The notes under the pieces were generated by a model, which did not search any database, was not told where the DNA came from, and saw only the letters and a program-made list of their open reading frames with translations. From NCBI GenBank assembly GCA_048940645.1, contig JBHLOI010000078.1, forward strand, positions 1 through 13,690: DNA of 13,690 nucleotides, read 5' to 3'. This document shows, one piece after another, positions 1-6,623 of the stretch. A program made the translations under genes and the position numbers. Position 1 is the stretch's first letter, and the number at the start of each line of letters is the position of its first letter. This stretch comes from Promethearchaeota archaeon (GTDB taxonomy: Archaea; Asgardarchaeota; Lokiarchaeia; Sigyniarchaeales; SOKP01).

Positions 1-299
1 TTTATTGCTGTAAGATGGGCAAATAAATTAAAATGTTGGAACACCATACCAATTCTTGCTCGAACAAGGTTTAGATTAATTCCACTTTCTGTGATATTTT
101 GACCTCGGAGATATATCTCCCCTTTATCTGGAGGGTTTAACATATTAATGCAACGGAGTAATGTACTCTTGCCAGACCCACTTGGTCCAAATATGACTTT
201 CACCTCTCCCTCTTCTAAATCAAAAGAAACTCCTTTAAGAACATCTAAATCATCATAAGATTTCTGTATATCAACAACCCTTAATACAACCTCTTTCAT
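1..299 (-). CDS. Polar amino-acid ABC transporter ATP-binding subunit (GlnQ/HisP family), N-terminal part; runs off the window edge
   Basis: Not in the ORF track. Manual translation from ATG at 299 gives MKEVVLRVVDIQKSYDDLDVLKGVSFDLEEGEVKVIFGPSGSGKSTLLRCINML...RIGMVFQHFNLFAHLTAI, with Walker A GPSGSGKS and Q-loop MVFQHFNLF. GGAGGTGG SD lies upstream, and the start is 2 nt after the permease stop. Confidence 0.95.
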   Translation of the reverse strand, partial: MKEVVLRVVDIQKSYDDLDVLKGVSFDLEEGEVKVIFGPSGSGKSTLLRCINMLNPPDKGEIYLRGQNITESGINLNLVRARIGMVFQHFNLFAHLTAI

Positions 300-301
300 C
301 T

Positions 302-1366
302 TTATCCACCTCCCATTCCTAACTTTTTAAGTTTATTAGTTTGTCGTTCACCAAATAATTTTGTAAAAGGAAAAGTAAGAAGAAAGTAATTAATAGCAAC
401 AACCACATATACTATAGCCCAGAGCGACCTGTTGGTTACAGATACATAATAAGCAGCTCTAGTCATCTCAATAACTCCAATCTCAAAAGCAAATGATGTA
501 TCTTTAATAACAACGGCATATTCATTAGACCAGCTAGGTACTGCGATTCTTAATGCTTGAGGCATTAAAATGTGTCGAAAAGCTTTTAATCGAGTCATTC
601 CAATCGAATAAGCTGCTTCCATTTGCCCAGGGTTCACAGATAAAATAGCTCCACGAAAAATCTGAGACTGATAGGCTCCACTACGAACAGCCAATGCTAA
701 AATTACACTATTAAGTTCTGAAATGTTTGGAATTGAAAAATAAAACAAGAATATTAAGACTAGGATTGGAATACCTCGAAATAATTTTTCATAACCAATT
801 CCTAACCAACGAAGTTCTGTTGAGCCATAAACTCGCATAATTGCTAAAGTAATTCCTATTAATAAACCAAACAATAAACCAAAAACAGTAAGTATCAACG
901 TGCTAGGTAATCCCTCGATAACTGCGTATAAAAATATATAAGGAGGAATATAAATAAGAGAAAATATAAGATATAGTGTAAGAACTATTATGAAAAGTAT
1001 GATCTGAGTGGCACCAATAAATAAAAGTGATTCTAAGAATCCTTTTCTATGTATTATCATAATCACAAATGTACCAATTATAATGTTAAGGCTAGTGTTA
1101 AAAAACTCTAGAATTAGTTTTTCTCCAATAAAAATTTGAAATATAATACGAACTGGAATATTTATCATTAACCAAACTAAATTAATTATAGCGGCACTCT
1201 TAAAAGACGTGTCCCATACTTTCTTTTGAACTTTTTGTTTTTTCCTAACAAACCATCTTATAAGAAAAACTCCAATCAAAAAAATTATAGTTGAAATAAA
1301 AATCCATTGGATATCTCTTACTGCTAAAGCTATATCTTCTAGACTTGTTTGAAAAAACATAACCAT
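302..1366 (-). CDS. Polar amino-acid ABC transporter permease (HisM/GlnP family) with an extra N-terminal hydrophobic region
   Basis: The C-terminal ~215 aa carry family motifs FRGIPILV, the EAA loop (SQIFRGAILSVNPGQMEAAYSIGM), ILMPQALR and IKDTS. It sits between the SBP and ATPase genes. Confidence 0.93.
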   Translation of the reverse strand: MVMFFQTSLEDIALAVRDIQWIFISTIIFLIGVFLIRWFVRKKQKVQKKVWDTSFKSAAIINLVWLMINIPVRIIFQIFIGEKLILEFFNTSLNIIIGTFVIMIIHRKGFLESLLFIGATQIILFIIVLTLYLIFSLIYIPPYIFLYAVIEGLPSTLILTVFGLLFGLLIGITLAIMRVYGSTELRWLGIGYEKLFRGIPILVLIFLFYFSIPNISELNSVILALAVRSGAYQSQIFRGAILSVNPGQMEAAYSIGMTRLKAFRHILMPQALRIAVPSWSNEYAVVIKDTSFAFEIGVIEMTRAAYYVSVTNRSLWAIVYVVVAINYFLLTFPFTKLFGERQTNKLKKLGMGGG

Positions 1367-1430
1367 CCACTTATAATTTAAGAAAAAATATTTGTCATAT
1401 AAATAAAAAAAATGATATTTGGGATTAGAG

Positions 1431-2228
1431 TTAACCTGTTAAGTTCCACTTGTCAAGACTATCATACATCCTTCCATCAATAAAACTTTCTAGGATAACG
1501 TTATTAATCTCATATAATAGTTCGGGTTCTCCATGTCTGGTCCAAAGACTAAATTCTTCTGTCCCTGTACGAAGAACAATCTTGAGATCATATGATTTTG
1601 CCCAAGCAGTATAAACTGGTTCATCAAGATATACTGCTGTAACTCCACCACCAATTAAAGCTAACATCATTGCATCAACTGTAACATATTGTGTGATGGT
1701 TGTTACACCAGCTAACACTAAATCATCGTATAGTGTGGTACCAGCTTGTACACCAACTTGAGTTCCTTCAAGTTCAGTTAAATTTGCGATTGAGAGTACT
1801 GTCTCATTAGCTACAATAACCGCTTGACCCACGGTAATATAGGTAACTGAGGCTGCAAGATAACTTGATCGATTTTCGGTATAAGTCAGCGCAGCGGCAA
1901 GCATATCTACTTTACCTTCAGCACACGAAACAACTAATCCACCAAAATTTCGATCACTCCACTGTATAGTTACACCAAGCTCATCAGCAATCCAATTACA
2001 TAAATCTACGTCAAAACCTACAATCTCTGCCGGTATTGCAGAAGTATTCACATATTCAAAGGGTTCATAGTCAGTACTTGTTCCAATTATAATATAACCT
2101 CGGTTTTTAATTATATCAAGTAATGATGTGCGTGGTGGTTCTCCTATTGGTGAAGGAATAAACCAACCTCCGAGAATACCTATTGCTAAACAGGCTACCA
2201 TTCCAACTACTATAAATTCTCTTTTCAT
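1431..2228 (-). CDS. Amino-acid ABC transporter substrate-binding protein (family 3), N-terminal membrane anchor
   Basis: Motifs IIIGTSTDYEPFEY, GFDVDL, GKVDML, TENRS and VGVQAGT. Hydrophobic N-terminus. AAGGTGA SD upstream of the ATG. Confidence 0.93.
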   Translation of the reverse strand: MKREFIVVGMVACLAIGILGGWFIPSPIGEPPRTSLLDIIKNRGYIIIGTSTDYEPFEYVNTSAIPAEIVGFDVDLCNWIADELGVTIQWSDRNFGGLVVSCAEGKVDMLAAALTYTENRSSYLAASVTYITVGQAVIVANETVLSIANLTELEGTQVGVQAGTTLYDDLVLAGVTTITQYVTVDAMMLALIGGGVTAVYLDEPVYTAWAKSYDLKIVLRTGTEEFSLWTRHGEPELLYEINNVILESFIDGRMYDSLDKWNLTG

Positions 2229-2370
2229 ATGATATTCACCTTGCCATTTTAAATTTTATTAAATTTTTGGATTTATTTTTATTTAAATTCTGATGGTGAA
2301 ATATTTCTTAGGTTGCTATATAAAAATTTCTATTTTTGAATAAACCACAAAAGTTATGATTAAGAAGCTA

Positions 2371-2739
2371 TTAACCTCTAAGAGCCGTTGTTATTGCTCG
2401 AGTTAACCTTATTACTTCTATAACCTTACCCTTTTCAACAGTTATTTCCTCACGGCTAATTGCGTGAGTAAAATCACCCTTTCCCTCACAGATTCTTACT
2501 AATGCTTTATTATCACCTGTCATAAGAATATCCGGTTCTGAAGCCTTCCCCTCAAGTACTCTCACTTTTCTTGTTCTAATTTCGATAAAAAAGGGGTCTT
2601 CATTATCTAACTTAAATTGAAAAACCATATCCCAATCCACTGGTTTTCCTGCAATATCTGTTATAAAAACTTGCTCTACTTTGGGTTTTACATTCATTTT
2701 CTCAACAATCTTTTCTAACTTCTCTTTCGCTATACCCAT
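2371..2739 (-). CDS. SCP2 (sterol carrier protein 2) domain lipid-binding protein
   Basis: Pattern VFQFKL...FFIEI...VLEGKASEPDILMTGD...AISREEITVEKG matches the SCP2 fold. It abuts the DUF35 gene (TAAATG) and has a GGAGGTGA SD. Confidence 0.8.
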   Translation of the reverse strand: MGIAKEKLEKIVEKMNVKPKVEQVFITDIAGKPVDWDMVFQFKLDNEDPFFIEIRTRKVRVLEGKASEPDILMTGDNKALVRICEGKGDFTHAISREEITVEKGKVIEVIRLTRAITTALRG

Positions 2740-3243
2740 TTATTCTTCACCTCCTTCAAATTCAGATTTATTTGCCCATAACTCATATTCATCTTCTGGT
2801 ACAAAGAAAAAATCGGTCATTTTTCCTTCCCTTTCATCTAGCTTTTTAAATACTGCTCTCACCCGACGTCCTTTCTTAATTTTCGAAGGTACTAAGTTTT
2901 CTGAAAAAATTCCTTGAAATAATGCGGTATTAGCTCCATCTAACTTAATAAACCCACATCCATAGGGTACATTTTTAATAAATTCTGCAGCACCATACCA
3001 TACTATTGTACTAACTTCAATAGTTCCTGTATGAGACATTTCAATCCATTCAGCAGGAGTATAACATTCAGAGCAATTTTTCCTCGGAGGCATCCATATT
3101 TTTCCACATTTCGTACATTTAGTTCCATGAAGCTTTTTATTTTTCATTAATTCAATAAAAAATTTCGATTGACCTCCCATAGTATATTTATAATCAATTT
3201 GTATCTTATCACGTATTTGATGATCTTCGAACTTTTCACTCAT
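2740..3243 (-). CDS. DUF35 family Zn-ribbon + OB-fold protein (acyl-CoA-binding thiolase partner)
   Basis: CTKC-x10-CSEC zinc ribbon with PPR, followed by OB-fold motifs GTIEVSTIV, PYGCGFIKLDG and IKKGRRVRAVF. ATGA overlap with the thiolase stop. Confidence 0.92.
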   Translation of the reverse strand: MSEKFEDHQIRDKIQIDYKYTMGGQSKFFIELMKNKKLHGTKCTKCGKIWMPPRKNCSECYTPAEWIEMSHTGTIEVSTIVWYGAAEFIKNVPYGCGFIKLDGANTALFQGIFSENLVPSKIKKGRRVRAVFKKLDEREGKMTDFFFVPEDEYELWANKSEFEGGEE

Positions 3244-4487
3244 GCTCTTTTCAACCCCTCCTCATTTGCCATTACAATTACTGCAGCATATGCTGCACCA
3301 GGACCCCCTATTGAATGAGAGATCGCCCTTCCCTTTTCAATTGTTTTAAGCTGATGTTTACCTGCATCGCCTCTTAATTGAAGTGCTGCTTCGCCTGTTG
3401 ACATTATTCCTGTCGCTCCCACTGCATGACCACAGCCTATTAGACCTCCACATGGGCAACATGGCATTTCTCCATCCATAAAAGGGCCTCCTGCTTCTAT
3501 CCATTTTCCACCTTCCCCGAAAGGTACGAAACCTAACTCTTCATATGAGATTACTTCTTGTCCCGAAAATGCATCATGCAATTCAGCGCAATCTATTTGA
3601 TCTTTAATCTTATTATAATCTAAACCCGCCATTTTATATGATGCTTTTGCTGCATAAATATTTGAATAAAGACGACCCATATCTTCTCTATTCCCTATAA
3701 AGCAATCTGTATTTGCAGCGCCTACTCCTGTAATCCAAATTGGATTTTCAACTTTTAATTCTTTCACTTTTTCTTCATTAGCTAAAATCAATGCTGCTGA
3801 AGCTTCCGAGTAAAGGCAACAATCTAACATCTTAAAAGGATAACAAATAATTCTCGAATTCATCACATCTTCAACAGTAATTTTCATGGGAGATTGTGCT
3901 TTTGGATTTTTCATCGCATTTCCATGGTTTTTAACAGATACTAATGCCATTTGTTCTTCTGTTGGATTCCCAAATTCTTCAAAATGGGCATTCACCATAG
4001 TAACATAAGAACTCGCCGCCATCATACCCATAGGATATTCATAAGTCATGTCAGCAGAATATGCTATAGCATTTAATACTTCAGGAGTTGTAGTTCCTGT
4101 CTGCTCATCATAACAATCATTACATTTCTCTACTCCCAAACAAAGACAGAGATCTGATATGCCAGAAGCCACTTCTGCATAAGCCATTCTTACAGTATAT
4201 CCTCCTGTCGCTCCACCTGTCGCTATGCGCGTACCTGGTTTGTTATTCATCCCCAAATAAGAATTGGTGAAAATATCAGGCATAAATTGCCGTTCAAATA
4301 ACTCATTGTATATCCCATAAACTGTAGATTGAAGGTTCTTATGAGTTATTTCAGCTCCATTTTTATTAGCATCTTCAAGCGCTAATTTTGTAGCATCATA
4401 AGCAAGTTCAAAATATGTTTTATCTAAATATCTAGCTTTAAATGGCGTTATTCCAATTCCGATTATCGCTACTTTTTTAGATATCAT
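3240..4487 (-). CDS. Thiolase-superfamily protein (SCP2-thiolase/archaeal type) lacking the canonical nucleophilic Cys
   Basis: Motifs KVAIIGIGITPF, LCLGVEK, VSVKNHGNAMKNPKAQ, ELHDAF, GGLIGCGHAVGATG and HSIGG. The CxS position reads ATGGATGG. Confidence 0.93.
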   Translation of the reverse strand: MISKKVAIIGIGITPFKARYLDKTYFELAYDATKLALEDANKNGAEITHKNLQSTVYGIYNELFERQFMPDIFTNSYLGMNNKPGTRIATGGATGGYTVRMAYAEVASGISDLCLCLGVEKCNDCYDEQTGTTTPEVLNAIAYSADMTYEYPMGMMAASSYVTMVNAHFEEFGNPTEEQMALVSVKNHGNAMKNPKAQSPMKITVEDVMNSRIICYPFKMLDCCLYSEASAALILANEEKVKELKVENPIWITGVGAANTDCFIGNREDMGRLYSNIYAAKASYKMAGLDYNKIKDQIDCAELHDAFSGQEVISYEELGFVPFGEGGKWIEAGGPFMDGEMPCCPCGGLIGCGHAVGATGIMSTGEAALQLRGDAGKHQLKTIEKGRAISHSIGGPGAAYAAVIVMANEEGLKRA

Positions 4488-4725
4488 TATATTTCACTAC
4501 TAAAAGTATTATTACTTTGTTTTTTGAATATTTTAATGAATTAAATTTAATTTCGTTAAAAAAGTATATAATTGTTAAATTTTCTAATAAAAAAATAACC
4601 ATAATTTAACTTATAGAATTTTAAAACAGAAAATTAAAGTAATTTTAAGAAAAAAAATTTATGATTGTAAAGACTCTTTGTTCTTTAATTGCGATCATCA
4701 TTAATAGGACTTAAAGACAAAAATT
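4488..4725. promoter_or_regulatory. Divergent AT-rich promoter region between the thiolase operon and the HIRAN gene
   Basis: 238-bp non-coding gap between divergent starts, with several TATA-like elements (e.g. AAAAGTATATAA near 4560-4571). Exact sites were not resolved. Confidence 0.5.
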
Positions 4726-5139
4726 ATGTCGAATTTTCAGGATAAAGACTTAAAGAAAAATAGTTATTATCATATGCAAATAGTTGGTATTTATTATACG
4801 AAAAACGGAAAATATTTATCTAAATTACCAACAAAAACTCTGTTAGAATTAAGAGCAGAACCAAATAATAGATATGATAAATACGCGGTAAGTGTCTGGC
4901 ATAATGAAAAAAAATTAGGTTATCTTCCACGAAATCAAAATAAGTCTTTCTTTACAGCCTTAACCTCAAATACTCTAACTTTAAGTTGTCTTCTTGGTTC
5001 TTACATACCCAGTTCAGAAAAAAAGAATTATTCTAGGGGATTTCAACCAGAACGGGCGAATATCACAATACATACTTATAAAAATGAAATTGATTGGCGA
5101 CCAGTATCATTAATTCCTGAAGACACTATGGCATTTTAA
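4726..5139 (+). CDS. HIRAN domain protein with C-terminal WRP-x4-PED-x-MAF tail
   Basis: HIRAN signature IVGIYY...LELRAEPNNRYDKYAVSVW...KLGYLPR. The C-terminal 17 aa resemble the end of the 11933..12427 protein. Confidence 0.88.
   Translation: MSNFQDKDLKKNSYYHMQIVGIYYTKNGKYLSKLPTKTLLELRAEPNNRYDKYAVSVWHNEKKLGYLPRNQNKSFFTALTSNTLTLSCLLGSYIPSSEKKNYSRGFQPERANITIHTYKNEIDWRPVSLIPEDTMAF
5086..5139 (+). repeat. Copy 1 of a diverged 54-bp coding repeat (HIRAN tail), inverted relative to 11933..11986
   Basis: gaaattgattggcgacca...cctgaagacactatggcattttaa. 41/54 nt identical to copy 2 by hand count. Confidence 0.8.
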
Positions 5140-5160
5140 AAAAAAGAACAAAAAATTATT
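5138..5160 (-). terminator. Probable archaeal-type oligo-T terminator for the minus-strand MoxR/VWA operon
   Basis: A-tracts on the + strand (AAAAAAAAAGAACAAAAAA) read as T-tracts just downstream of the VWA stop, in the 36-bp gap between convergent genes. No hairpin is present. Confidence 0.4.
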
Positions 5161-5175
5161 ATAAGTTGCTTTAAA

Positions 5176-6618
5176 TCATTTCATTAATTTAGCAATTACT
5201 TCTGGAAGATTTTTTGGAGTACAAGCAATAACATCGATACTCATTTGGTTCATTCTTTTAGCATAGTCACGATTATACATAGGTTTACTATTATGCCCAA
5301 GAGCAGCTATACCTAAAATTTTTGTTTGACCTTCTAATAATTGTTTTAATGCTTTAGTTAATTGATCATAGCCTCTACCCTCATAAAAATCACTAATTAT
5401 AACCATAATAGTTTTTTTTGGGTTCTTAATTAAAGATTGACCATATCTAACTGCTTTTGTGATATCCGTACCTCCCCCAAGTTGGACGGACATTAAAATA
5501 TCAACAGGATCGTCCAATTTACTAGAAAGATCAACTACTTGAGTATCAAAAATAACAAGATTCGTATAAACTGAAGGCAAACTTGCAAATATCGAAGCCA
5601 TTACTATTGAATAAATCACTGAGTCGGTCATAGACCCACTTTCATCAATTAAGACCACTATCTGCCAAGGTTTTTTTCTTTTTTCAGCGCTAAAAAAACG
5701 GGGTTCACCCATAATTAGTTTTTTAAGTTTAGGATCATAATGCTTTAAATTCCTACGGATGCTTTGCTTCCAATCAATATTTCTGAACACTTTAATGGGC
5801 GTATGTTTGTCTCGCTTAAGAGCTCCAACAATATGTTTTTCTACTTCTTGCTTAAACTGATCTTTAAGCGCATCGACTACCTTTTTGACAATTTTTCGTG
5901 CCACAACTTTAATATTTTCAGGAAGCATATGCTTTAAGCCAATAATAACCTTTACCATATCAAGACTAGGCTCTACTTTTTCAAATAGTTCAGGATTTTT
6001 TATTATATCTTTTAATTCAGAGCGCTCTATTAAATCTTTTTCAAGTACTTCCTTTGATTGATGTGGAAAAAATTTCTTTACATTTTCAATCCATTTAGGA
6101 ATGGAGAGTCTACTCGATTCTAATCCTGCGCTTCTTTTCTGATTACGAATCCCATAGACAAAATTTAAAGTATCATCCATTTGCTTTAATTCCTCCCGAT
6201 TTGTAGTTTGATTAGCTTCTTGTGCTTTTGAATTTAGACTACTTCGCCTCTGTTGTAGGGGAGAACCCCCCTTCGTTCGCATCTGATCACCTACTCTTAC
6301 TTTTAATTGATCACTTACTGTTCCTTTCATTTTTGCTCTACTCTTCTGTGCCTGACCAACAGCTTTTTGTAGTACTTGGTTCTGATTTAATTTTTGTTTC
6401 GTGTTGCTAGCTCCTACTTGTTTCTGTTTTCTTTCTTTCAGATGTTGTTTATGATGATCCCTCTGATCAGATTCACTATATTCTCTGGAAGGACTAAAAT
6501 TTATTTCATAATCTTCTGCTTTTTTACCAAGTATTAATCTCCATCTATCAAGAGCAGTTCTATTATTCTCAGGGATATTTTTTAAGTCTTCCACGTCAAA
6601 AACTTGATTTGATGCCAT
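5176..6618 (-). CDS. VWA domain protein (YehP/CoxE-like), partner of the MoxR ATPase
   Basis: Complete MIDAS motif: DESGS, GGTD, ISDFYEG. Also N-terminal RWRLILG and IDWKQSIRRNLKHY. The start is probably ATG 6618 (MASNQV, after GGAGAG and 5 nt past the upstream stop) rather than 6642. Confidence 0.92.
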   Translation of the reverse strand: MASNQVFDVEDLKNIPENNRTALDRWRLILGKKAEDYEINFSPSREYSESDQRDHHKQHLKERKQKQVGASNTKQKLNQNQVLQKAVGQAQKSRAKMKGTVSDQLKVRVGDQMRTKGGSPLQQRRSSLNSKAQEANQTTNREELKQMDDTLNFVYGIRNQKRSAGLESSRLSIPKWIENVKKFFPHQSKEVLEKDLIERSELKDIIKNPELFEKVEPSLDMVKVIIGLKHMLPENIKVVARKIVKKVVDALKDQFKQEVEKHIVGALKRDKHTPIKVFRNIDWKQSIRRNLKHYDPKLKKLIMGEPRFFSAEKRKKPWQIVVLIDESGSMTDSVIYSIVMASIFASLPSVYTNLVIFDTQVVDLSSKLDDPVDILMSVQLGGGTDITKAVRYGQSLIKNPKKTIMVIISDFYEGRGYDQLTKALKQLLEGQTKILGIAALGHNSKPMYNRDYAKRMNQMSIDVIACTPKNLPEVIAKLMK

Positions 6619-6623
6619 TTTTT

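Noticed and set aside
2681-2917. 78-aa + strand ORF
   Set aside because: Antisense shadow of the SCP2/DUF35 genes; F/S-rich, TTG start, no motif.
6222-6410. 62-aa + strand ORF
   Set aside because: Antisense to the VWA linker; its Leu/Phe richness mirrors K/Q/E codons on the coding strand.
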